From assembly GCA_030141605.1 (NCBI GenBank), contig JAQGDQ010000326.1, positions 204,369-268,368 on the forward strand: a DNA stretch of 64,000 bases, read 5' to 3'. Below are positions 1-11,555 of this stretch, piece by piece. Positions within the stretch are counted from its first letter, which is position 1, and every line of letters begins with the position of its first letter. This DNA comes from Tubiluchus corallicola. Taxonomy: Eukaryota > Animalia > Priapulida. The position numbers and the translations under genes are program-made. The notes under the pieces were generated by a model. The model did not search any database, had not been told where the DNA came from, and saw nothing but the letters and a program-made list of their open reading frames with translations.

Positions 1-152
1 TTTCTTCGGTCGTTTACTGTTTGCTAGTTTGTCCTTCGTTCGCACCTTCTTATATCCGTTTAATTATTCATTTTTTATTTCCTTTTTATTTATTTGTTCG
101 CTCATTCAATCATCCCTTCATGTAAACAAGGTGACGATCATGAAAAGCGGAG

Positions 153-690
153 ATGAGGGTTTATCTAGGTGTATTATTCATTGCACATAGAGGTCTGAGG
201 GTTTATATAGGTGTATTATTCGTTGTACATAGAGGGCTGAGGGTTTATATAGGTGTGTTGTTCATGAGGGCACATGGAGGGCTGAGTGTTTATCTAGGCG
301 TATTATTCGTTGCACATAGAGGGCTGAGGGTTTATATAGGTGTGTTTTCATAAGGGCACAGTGGGGCTGAGGGTTTATCTAGGTGTATTATTTGCTGCAC
401 ATAGAGGGCTGAGGGTTTATATAGGTGTGTTGTTCATGGGGGCACATGGAGGGCTGAGGGTTCATCTAGGTCTGCGATTCATGGCACACAGAAGGCTGAG
501 GGTTTATCTAGGTCTGCTGTTCATGGCACATAGAGGGCTGAAGGTTCATGACGGCACAGTGGGGCTGAGGGTTTATCTAGGAGCGTTGGTCATGGTACAT
601 AATGGGGCTGTGGGTTCGTCTAAACATGTTTTGCATAGTTAGGTGTATTTTTGCTGGGACGTAGTGGGGCTCTAGGTTTATCTAGGCGTG
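153..690. repeat. G-rich minisatellite, 42/45-bp units (GAGGGTTTATMTAGGTGT...GCACATAGAGGGCT) in the dachshund intron
   Basis: About 12 visible imperfect copies; the 14-15 aa periodicity of ORFs 153..353 and 340..642 simply reflects the 42/45-bp unit. Confidence 0.9.
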
Positions 691-2339
691 TCACCCATGG
701 GGACACACTCACTGTGGCAGGAGGCTGGGGGTCCAGCTAAGCGTGCTGTTTTTCATTTCGCAACATTTACGTGCTCAATAAGCATCGACAGTTGGACAAA
801 ATTATAAATGGCGTGCTGAAATGTATAATACCAATTAGCACAGCTCATTAAATATTAAACTTGACCTTCTGTCTTGCACTGGTTTAATGGTATGCTGCGT
901 CTTGTACTGTACATATGAGGATTTACTGTGATTTGGAGGGAATGTAGGCCAAATAAGTGTGTTCAAATATTCTTGCAAGTTTTGAAATCGTTTGTAAATG
1001 CCACCAGTTTTATTATGTCTTGCAGTGAAACTGCTTGGCAATGCACAAACTGTTATTAGGACATTTCTGTCACAGTCACATTATTTATTGTACTTCGATA
1101 TTCCAATGATCACGTAGATGCGTTACTCTTATTTACACTCTTTTGTTTTATTATATTAGTCCATTATAAAGTCAGAAGAGGAAAGTTCAGTTTGCTGTTA
1201 TTCCTGTCCCAATATTTTTGTAATCATCTTCACTTTAGTTGAGAATTTTAATAGGTACTTTTTACCTAGCTAAAAATAATTCGAACTGTGAAAATGTGAA
1301 TCAATACCTAGTCACCAGTCTCTCTTTTCACATCAATGCAAATAAGTCTTCAACGCACGTGCAAAAGCAGTGTGGGTATAGTTTGCATCTGAGTTGTATT
1401 TGTTAATATTTTTGCGAGTTGATTACATTTTAGCATCAATTAACTGATGAGAACAAAAGTAAGTAGAGTTACCAATGTGGAGTCTACTATACTCAGCGCT
1501 CGTCATAAGAGGCTTTTCACTTGTTTTTCGTTGAATACTTCTGGTACACTACAAGTCGAGTAAATTGCAATCAAATTTTGCTCACAACAAAAAACTCATA
1601 AAATTAAAAAAGTTAAATTGTGTGAGTTATCGCGCTGATTTACAACATATGCTAGTGATTTTACAAACGACTGACAATAAATTTCAAAAACATAATCCCA
1701 AGTGAAGAAATTGCAAGTGGCATTTTCTAGGTCATGTTATACACTTGCTAGGCCTATTATTGTGTGCAACAGCACAGTATCAAATTGTTGCCTTTGAAAA
1801 GTGTTTTCTGCGGAAAAAGTACACAAGCAAAAGCTGCTAGATGTAGATAACCCAGGAGTTGTAAGCACTGGAGGTGCATTCTGCGGGATCCCAATCACGA
1901 GAGGCAACAGAGTCTCTTTCATCTCAAACGTTTAGTCATTCAAGTAAGAATGTTTCGTTGTTCGTTCTCTGAAGAGGAAACATGCGGCTTTTTGAAAGCA
2001 TCTGAACGTGTTCTTACATAAAATTAGGCAAAGGTGTCGGTGAATTGTTAAACTCTCTCTGTTCCGTTTGCGCCTGGCAAGGACAAGATGACCAACTGCA
2101 AGGTACTCGTTTATAAACAGACCGAAGCACAAAATTACAGTTCAAAAACAATGACCACTGAATAGAAGAAACCAGAAATAAGCTGCTGCTATTCCTGTAT
2201 AAATAAAGGAATATAAATATGGACCTGCATAAATGTAAATGAATCCACATGGCATGTACCCACAGTCGCTCTCACGAAACACAAGCGGAAATGTAGCTGT
2301 GAAAACTTCGAACTATCAGAATGACACAGATTCAGCTCC

Positions 2340-2472
2340 CGTATGAGAGAAGCTTTATATTGGTTTCTGGCTCTGCCAATAATATCTGGAACGATTATTC
2401 TGCTGCCAGCCTGCCAATGTCTACGACAGACATAATGGGCATATGATGATGATAATAATAATGATGATGATG
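2340..2472 (+). mobile_element. 3' end of a retroposon (SINE or RTE-like LINE) with (GAT)n tail, copy 1
   Basis: GTCTACGACAGACATAATGGGCATATGATGATGAT resembles GTCTACAACAGACGTTTGAGCGTATGATGATGAT at about 26348-26411; a shared 3' motif followed by a (GAT)n tail. Confidence 0.5.
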
Positions 2473-5400
2473 CGCATTATAATCTGCTTAGAGGTGTGGC
2501 ACAGAAGAGGAATTTGCTAAGTGTTGTTTTACCGAAAATAAAAAATACGTATTTGGTAATATTTTGATGTGAAAATTTTTCACTTGTACAATGAATTTAT
2601 TAGTTAATGTTTGATCAAAAATACGTTACTATAATAAATAAATAAATAAATAAATGAACGAATGATAAATATATTTTACGAACGTAAGAATTTATTGTTT
2701 AGGTTAGAAACTAGACCACCGAAAGACTTTAACAGGTTTTAAGTTGAAAATAAAAAACAAGATCGGTTATAAGAGTCATTCAGTAATTTTGCTGCAGCAA
2801 ACACAAAATATTGGTTCAATTTGGTTGCAGTATAATGAATAGTTGTAAAATATTTTGCTGTTACTATGCATTACAAACTCCAAAAAACAAGTTAATCAGA
2901 GTAAAAAAATTACAATTTCTTTTTAACGAGGAACAATATAAATCGCTTTTTTGCAGTTTATACAGCAGTGATGTTCATTTTGTTTTCCTGCTTTAATTTA
3001 ATTGTGTTGAAGGTTTGATAATTATACACCTATATATAAAGCAATTGTTGTTACCAGGGATTAAGTATAGAAACACACAGTACTAATATGATGGTTTTTC
3101 TCGGCTTCCACAAAAGGTGTTATTAAAACAGGAATTTTAAAAAGCCTAAGGCGCTCTAACAAAGACTAGGCAACATGGCAGCGTAGGCAAACACCGTAAC
3201 AATAGTAGTATAGTAACCGAAAAAATAAAACCCGAAAAAATGTTAGGCAATCAATGGCTATTGGTAATAAAAGCGTATAAGCAACTGCTTGCGGAATTCA
3301 CAATATCAAACAATTGTGCGCGTATGTATTAAAGGCGTTTCGGCACAAATAATTTTTTTTAGAATTTTTTATAAAAAATATATATTATTTTATAATATTT
3401 TGTAAAAAAAATTCTAGGACAATTCTGTCAGTAGGATTTTTGATGAAAGTAAATAATAATATTCTTTAATCAGTCGTTATGTTATTTTCTGATTTTTAAA
3501 TTTATAGATTTATTACGCGAACGGCTGAGGCGGCAAAATGATAAAAATATTAGATTCTGATTTTTTTGAAAATTAAAAAAATTTAATCCTTAAAGATAAT
3601 GAATAAACTTGATAGGACGATAAAACTGACGTAGTGTATGTGCCATTTAATTACGTGGAAACTACATTATCTTTAGAGAATAATTAAAAAGCGTTTTACT
3701 TAGAAAGTGGACGGTAAATTTCACTTTATGATTTAATAAAATCAAATGTTCTCTTTAAAATTTAATCACACGCTCAATAATCCTGCGCAGTCCCCTTCCA
3801 ACATAAATTAACAATTAATTCAACGCAAGAGTAATGGCTAATTAGCTCAGTTCTAACTCTATCTCTAGCCTCTTTGTCTTACGTTTACAATTAAACTTAA
3901 ATTATGATGGAAAAACCGACTTTATACTGATGACTCATTAATTTTACACGTACAGTAATGGCGATTTTATTGTCTGCATTAATTATTTTTACCCAATTTG
4001 CTCTTCTCAGCCCTAACAACATGTCGAATATTTTGCAAAATAATTTTCCCGTAGAAAACGTAATTTGCTTTCAGGTGTCTTTAAAGCCAAACAATTTAAT
4101 GTGATATTTTCATTATGCATAAACATGTCATTAAGAATACCATCATGTAAAAAAACTTCGTTAAAGCTCATCGACAATTACGAAGCCGGGAAATTCTATA
4201 CGCTGAAGTTACTAAATTCGTTTTTTTACAAAAAACATACCCTGCATCATCCAACCAACAAGACTGCATGAGTTGAAATGAAATTGGACAATAATTAGTC
4301 AAAACTCATTATAAATGCAATCATAATGAGGTGCAATTATTATTATAAGATATACAATATCGATCTTTTATCAAAATTACAGCCTTGTTAAATTTGCTTC
4401 CCAAAAACAATTTTCTTTTATTAGCATAGATGTCACGTGACCAAATGACGGTTTTCGTGCAGCGTAACGAGTCTATGCGCGCTCTCAAAAAGAGTTTGAC
4501 AATTAAGGATTAATTAGAAAAATGTTTCTTTCGAATGAAAAAAAATTTCTAGATATTTTTCTCGAATGATATGCAGTTGAAACTTATTGTTTTGACTGCC
4601 TACAATTTTTCTAAACTTTTAGTACAAGCGATACGCATTTTTCAGTTTTTCGCCATTTTCGGTTACCAATAACCAACAAACGACATTCAGACCAGCTTAC
4701 GTTTGAATCAATCGACTTCCAAGGCTGGATATAGATTTTCTATTTAACCCTGTTAGAGGTGATTTCAGTGTTAGCGATTACAGTCGATGTAATAGAGGTT
4801 TTGCGTGCGAAATAACAACTGGTAACTGGTTGGCGTAGAGATAAAACCAAATCTTAAGTTGCTTGATATTGCAGCTGTATGGATATTACGTTTGTTACTG
4901 CCATTTTACAAATCAAAGTTTCTTGAAAAATTTAAGCAATAATAAATCAAACTGCGCAGCAAGTGCCGATTTGCAAGTCATTCTTTTAAGACATTCATTA
5001 CGGTCTAGTCATTTAAGACAGCCTACTGGTATGCTGCCACATTATCGGCGGCAGTGTACATTGTATATTCAATTATCTGTCAATTGTATATATTTTAATG
5101 ATATTTATTTAATGAATTATATATTAATTGCATTAGTAGTAGCTGGTCTAATCTTTCATCTTTAATATTACGTCTTGACTTTATTTCCACAGTCTTTAAC
5201 TAATATCAGTTTTGTATATTTCAAGTCATGAACGCGGGAAATGTGAAAGCTCGTCGGGTAAAAGCCTGGTTTTTAAGTATTGTTAGTGTACTTTGTATAC
5301 TTTTGTGTAGTTTCTTGTATTAATGCAGGAAATATTCTGAGTTTTGAATAAATTGTTATGATCTTGATCGAGAATTTTGATCTAGATTAATTTAGATTTC

Positions 5401-7086
5401 ATATTTACATTCTTTTTTATACCAAACTTAAAGCTTGCGTTTAAGAATCTAAAAATTGATCTGTGTTTAAAATACTACATAGTTGTTTAAAGATGAGTAA
5501 CTTGCGAGTATTTGCGTTTGCGAATACGAAATACATGAAGATTAGCGTCACCAGCTCTAAATGAAATCATGTATTTGCTAAAGCAGCAAAATAGGTTTGC
5601 TTGTACTTTATTGCTTTCAGAACATTCCGAACATAGACCGGTGAAAGTTTGCGATATTTAAGTTTAAGGTATCACAAACGTTCAATCTCAACCTTTTGCT
5701 GACAATTTATCCGAAGGAATTATGGCGTGTAAATTATGGCAGATTATATAACTGCACATCTTTCAACTAAGTTATAAAGATTAAAAACACTTTCATACAG
5801 ACATAAAGATATGTTTTGACGTATCAAATGCAAATAAAAAACAGCTATTGAAGCAGTAGGTGTCAACAGTGCAAATAGATATACTTGCTTGGGATCATAT
5901 GATTATTTGAGCACATGTGGTCTCATCTTTAATATCCAGTCTCGACCAGATTTCCGCAATTACCAACTAATATCGATTTTACATATTTCAAATCTTTAAA
6001 CAGTGCTCATAAGAGACTACTGTTTATGTTAACAGATTTTTCATTCATGAAATACGTCACCGTTATTATTGGTCTATATACACTCACTTTCAGTATAATA
6101 AACTTTTATAATAATCAGTTTTTCTGACCAACCTTGTAGTCTACAAAATCGTTTATTGTGTTTGCGTGACTTCGGCAAATAAAGATATGGCGTTATTTAT
6201 ATTTTACGCAATACCAATCGTACAGGCGTTGTTATTACACAAGGTAGGAAAAAGCATTTTTATGAGACAGATAAAAGTCGTATTTGCAATAAGCATGGCA
6301 GATATTGTTCTGCGTTATAATTACGATAGTTGATAAAATAGCTAGTTTTGATGGCAGGGAACGCACGCAACCATTGGGAAAAACATAGTCACAACTGCAT
6401 GGCAGAACACTGAAATTTGTAGATTTACACTTTCGAGTTTTTCAAAATACAATAATTTTATAACGAAGACAGAAAGATAAGGGTACTGGTTGGTTTGACA
6501 AATTTGTAGATTTTAGATTTTTCTCACCAGTTTTATATCATACAATAACTTTTATAATAAGTAACAACTAATAACAAAATTAAAGTAGTTTTTATAGCCG
6601 CTCCAAGGTGGCAATCATGTTTGTGACACGTAACAATAAGCTTTTCGCCTGGCCAGTAGACAAGTAGTAAATAATGTGGGTTTGGTACGCATAAACTTAT
6701 ATTATTTTAGTTCTACATAAAATTGCATTGAGGAAAATAATCAAACTTTTCGCTAATTAGGCCTGTGCGCAAATATAATTCAAGGTATATCAATAATACT
6801 CGTGCAGTATCAAGATTTGACAGGTAATGCCGGCATTTAATGTCAATAGCAATATCAAACTGATAAAATAATTAATATGATAACTGCTCATATAAATGCG
6901 AGTGCGCTATCTAAGGTAAAGAGGCATTGATTCATATCTTATACAATACGTTGCTTTACTTCATTGCAAGTTCTATGAACTATTAGGAATTATCAGTGAT
7001 TCGCAATGTGCATAATAGGATTCATGCAAGATTCAATGAAATACAAATGTGTTGAATTCTCACGAATCATAATAAGATCGACTTAC

Positions 7087-7715
7087 CTTGCAGTGGTGCA
7101 GTCGTTGTACAGAATATCAAACTCTTCGGTGGAAAGAAGTTTGCATCGGTTCACTCCAGGTTGTATGGCTCCCAGACCTCTCAGAATTCTTACTTGTTCC
7201 ACATTGCAGACGACTGGTGTGATTTCGAGTCTTTTCAGTTTGGTGTAGACTGTGTGTAACCCTCCAACAAGGTGTTTCAGGAACAGGTCGAACGCCTGGG
7301 GAAGGCATATAAGTTCTCTGCCTCCGATGTTGAAGCTGGCAATTTTCGCTCCGCGATAGTCAATCATGCGGCAGTCGTTGTGAGCCGGATCGGACGGCAA
7401 CGGTGGCGGTGAATTGTAAACGGGAGGAGATAGTTTTTCTATGCGGTGATAGAGTTCTGCTTTAGTCATAGGGGGAGATATGGAAGGGGGTGATTTGGGA
7501 CGCGGAGGAGGCGTATGGCTTCTTGGAGCTGCAGCTATGGGATGAGCTGAGGGATGGCTGCTCGTAAGACTACCGGAAATCATTGGGAGAGAAGTGTGTA
7601 TTTGAAACTCGGGGCGAGGGGGTGGTGGGAGAGGAGATGAGCTGGAGGGTGGGGTGGGTTCCTGCTCATTTCGTTCGTGCTGTGCTGGGAGACTGCAGCT
7701 TGATTCGCTCTCCAT
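7087..7715 (-). CDS. dac: Dachshund, first coding exon (Pro/Ser-rich N-terminus plus DD1/Ski-Sno domain); gene continues beyond the left edge
   Basis: Translation contains CRMIDYRGAKIASF..ICLPQAFDLFLKHLVGGLHTVYTKLKRLEITPVVCNVEQVRILRGLGAIQPGVNRCKLL..FDILYNDCTTA, the diagnostic Dachshund box-N; canonical donor AAG|GTAAGT at 7087/7086 (phase 2). The expected downstream SRPGRPPKR exon was not seen in 1-7086. Confidence 0.97.
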
Positions 7716-8390
7716 TCTTGTGCGTCTGCCTTCTGGTGTATTTACTATTTAAATGCACACATGCTGCGTGTTTTCTTACAGATGTAATGAGCATGCAGAC
7801 CGATATAATACAAATACCGGGGCACTGGAATAATACCGTTACCGGGCCTACATGTGTTATGATTGGAAAGCAGTTGTAGCTGTGCGCAGTAGCACAGCGC
7901 GCATGGCCGGTATTTATTGTTCGCATTTCGTAAGATAACGATATAATTATTATGAACTATTATTAAAAATTTAAATATGAAGTCAAGTTAGTTTATAAAA
8001 CTGAACAAGTTCTGAGATTTACAGTATAAATAAGTTGTTAGTATAAATATTGTCACACATGTTGAGTTTTTCTCAAACTTAGACAACATCCGTCAAAATC
8101 ATACGGTCCACTTCATGTATTTGATACGAATTTTAGTATTTTTACAGTGTGCATTAAAATGTCCTTGTTTTTACGCGTGATATTTTTTTGCTTCTTTATT
8201 TATCAGAGTTTGTTTATTGACTTATTTGTATATTTATTTGTTTATGCGGTATCACTTGCGAAAATATATTTCGTGGTGTTTACTGAACCATAAGGAACCA
8301 CAAAGCGAAAAGTCCTAACTTGATATGGTATAGCATTTACTTATGCCCATAATACTTTTTTTACTATTTTTCTTTACTTTTTATTGCTAT

Positions 8391-8712
8391 GTGCAAGCAT
8401 CGCGTATTTACCTAAGTGTGATATCTAAATAATCTAACTGTGTTGTAATAAAAAGCTGCGATAATGTGATAAAAATAAAACCCTTGATACTTCTGCACTT
8501 GGTAATTTTGTCTTCTCCAACACGTACATACGTACAATAAACGACAATTTGTCTTTATTTTTTCTGTGCAAGCATCGACATTTACAATTATGGCATATCT
8601 AAATAATGTAACTGTAATGTATTCTGATAAAAACAAAACCCCAGATACTTCTGCGCCTAAGCACTTCTGCGTCTTTGAACACTTTGCGTTCTTGAACACG
8701 TACAATAAACGT
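8391..8712. repeat. Diverged tandem duplication of about 175 bp just upstream of dac
   Basis: Colinear shared blocks GTGCAAGCATCG / TATCTAAATAAT.TAACTGT / TGATAAAAA.AAAACCC / GATACTTCTGC / CGTACAATAAACG in units starting at 8391 and 8566. Confidence 0.8.
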
Positions 8713-8789
8713 TTCGAACGTGTAACAATGCTCACAATAATTGTTATTGATTTTTCGAAACCAAAGTTGACTGAAAGGAATAAACAGTG

Positions 8790-8870
8790 AAAAGCTGGAA
8801 CTATTCCTGAATTTGAACTCGGAACCTTTGGGTTACAGGCCCAATGCCATGACCGCTAGACTACTCAGCG
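8790..8870 (-). mobile_element. tRNA-derived SINE head (tRNA-Tyr-like pseudo-tRNA)
   Basis: Minus strand: A-box-like TAGTCTAGCGG, anticodon arm TTGGG-CCTGTAA-CCCAA, B-box-like GAGTTCAAATTC; acceptor stem does not close; related copy at 51205-51300. Confidence 0.6.
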
Positions 8871-8877
8871 GGTGCAA

Positions 8878-9280
8878 ATAAAGTTCAAATTCAAATTCAA
8901 GATCAATGCGGGCCTTGCGTCAATCCTAATAGCTTATCTTTCAAGCCAATGCTTCAAAGTGAGAGTTTTTTTACTCATATTAGAGTTCTTTCATACAGTT
9001 TGGCATACTGTGAGCCGCTTTCCAGCCTTCAGTAGCTGGGATTATCGTGTCACTAGTTGTTAACGCAGTACCGGTATCTAATCTCATCATCTAGGATAAT
9101 CTTTTAATCCAAAGATGAACCGTCAAGAGAGCCTTAACTATATGACCACCCTCAATGGAAGACACGCCTGTGGGCTAATTAAACTGCACAAAACGAGTAT
9201 TGAACCCGTCACACACCTATCCATGTAGTAAACAGCCTCGGCATTGCTTAGCTTCGATTCCTAGCACAAACCGTGGCCAT
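8878..9280 (-). mobile_element. 5S rRNA-related (SINE3-like) SINE with (TTTGAA)n tail
   Basis: Minus strand CGAAGCTAAGCAATGCCGAGGCTGTTTACTACATGGATAGGTG resembles the 5S internal control region, followed by B-box-like GGGTTCAATACTC; ends in TGAATTTGAATTTGAACTT near 8880-8900. Confidence 0.55.
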
Positions 9281-10829
9281 TAATAATTATTTCATTTGTC
9301 CAATTACTAACTAATTAGATTAAATCTTTGTAATTAATTTAGAATTTTAAATGATTGTGAAGCTAGTTAATTATTTCAGTTCAAAATACAAAGCAATTAC
9401 TGAAACGCGTATAATACAAAAACCGTGAACACTTGTTTAACACGATTCTAAAAACGATGCCTACGATTCTAAAAATTTTGCAAACTGCCGCCCGTAGACT
9501 TTAGACGCAATAGTAGCACTGCCATCGCCGTTTCTGGGCTGTTGTAAACCTAGCAAAACGTGGAAAACACGCCTAAATATAAGTCTCTTCAGTTAAAAAA
9601 CGCAAAACATTTTTGACGAGCCAAACAGACTATCTAGAACACGACATACGCTGAAATATCTGACAAGCTGCATGCATGTTCGAGAAATTTTATTATGAAC
9701 ATAAAATGCGTTGATGATCACGTTAAATAACGCATTCATCTGCTCAAATACAGTCTCATCTTACAGCTATAAATGCCCATATGCTCCTCCTTCTCTATCT
9801 TACAACTGCAAACTGCATAAAATTCCAGATAGCCACAAACTCTCATAGCAGCAAACGTCTAGACTAAAATGCGAAAGCGCCAAGAATTCTTGAACAAAAC
9901 CGTACCCAATCTTAAACTGTAGGTCAAAACAATCCACCTTTAAAAATTGAAAAGAAACATACTATTTTTTCAAAAATGATTTACGTGAAAGAATTATTAC
10001 AACACAAACACGATTTCACGTTCGCGCCACTAGCTCTTCGCTGTTGCATGCATTTCGCCGCTTACTAGTTAGACGGCCACTAGCGCCTGTATTTCGGAAA
10101 GGCATTACACAAAAAACAGGTGTTGTACCTCTCAGTTCAGATGTGTTGGTTTATGAAAAACTTCACATGTTTGACAGGTCATGCGCGACTACAGCGGTAA
10201 ATTTGAAATTTGAATTTTTATCTCAAAGCTTGCCGAGTTTTAGTACACCACATTGAATATCTTACAGTAGCAGTGTATTTCAATTTTCGCTTTTGCAAAC
10301 ACGTGCAACACGCTCATGGAATGTTCGTGCTGTTGAAAATTAAGTTAGTTTGTGATGTCATCACTAGTTGGGCTTACCCGCCGTTAATTAAAGTTTTAAT
10401 CTATTATTTAATGAACAGAAACGCTTTGCAGCATTATTGGTGTTTAAATGTACGTACCTTTTACCGTACTTGAAAATGGAATAGTATATGACAAATCATA
10501 TTGTCTTCCTTTCAGAAAAGGATCTCTATCATTAGTGAGGTTCATAGAGCTTTTAGCTAGCTGAGCTCATTCTTAAAAAGTGTCACAAACTATTAGCATC
10601 ATGTGGTCAATGAATTTTTTTGAGGCTTTGTAGAGGTTTACGTTTTTCTTTGTTTTACATATATACAGAAAATCAATTTAAGAATTTTGAAAGTTAATGT
10701 GTAGTCTTGTAGCAGCAGCAGAGGCGGTAGTAACAACAGCAATAGACCACTATTGCGATTGTCACTGTCTCCATCACAGCCATATCTACCAACATAAAAA
10801 TAACTAAAACATTTTGTAGTGGCTAACTG

Positions 10830-11555
10830 ACTTAAGTCGAGTTGAATTGAGTGAGCTCCAATTAAAAACTGAGTTAAATTTAATAAAACTGAGTTGTGTT
10901 GAATCAATTTAATTGATTTGAGGTGAGCTGAACTAACACGGTAGTTGAATTGAGTTATACTGAATCGAAATGGGATAAGTAAACTGAGATGGGCTGTAGT
11001 GAGTTGACGTAAAGTGATTTCATTTAAAATGTGTTTAGCTGAGGTAATCTGAGTAGTTGAACTGAGATGAGTGGCTCAGCTGAATTAAGCTGAGCTGAAT
11101 TGAGTTTAGCTGAACTGAATTGACCGAGTTGAGATGAATAGTTTTGCTGAGTTGGGCTGAGCTGAACTGAGTTAAGCTGAGTTTGATTTAGTTGAGATGA
11201 GTAGTTAAACCGAGTTGAGTAGGAACTGAATTTAGCTGAGTTGAGTTCAGTTGGGTTTAGCTAGCTGAATTGATCGAGTCAAGTCGAGTTGAGCATAACT
11301 GAGCTTAGTCAAGTTGAGTTGGGTTGGGTTGAGCTGAAATGAGTTGAGCGAGGCTCAACTTCGAGAAATGCTAAGTGCTGGGTGAACTGCATTGAAATGA
11401 GTTGAGGAGGATTGAAGTAAGGTGAGTTGAGGTAAGTTGAGGTGAAATGAGGTGAGTTGAGTTGAGTTGTATTGAGATGAGTTCAACTGAGCTGCGTTGA
11501 GCCGAAATGAGGTGAGCAGAGATGAGTTGGATTGCACTAAAGAGAATTGAGTTAT
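10830..11555. repeat. Degenerate pentanucleotide satellite (GAGTT/GAGCT/GAATT/GAGGT)n
   Basis: Continuous 5-bp periodicity over about 720 bp. Confidence 0.9.

Noticed and set aside
153-642. Repetitive RVYLGVLF ORFs
   Set aside because: Products of a 42/45-bp minisatellite; frameshifted and antisense within the dac intron
8806-8870. Functional tRNA-Tyr gene
   Set aside because: Acceptor and T stems do not pair properly; better explained as a SINE head
9205-9265. 5S rRNA gene
   Set aside because: Only a diverged internal segment resembles 5S; both ends are missing
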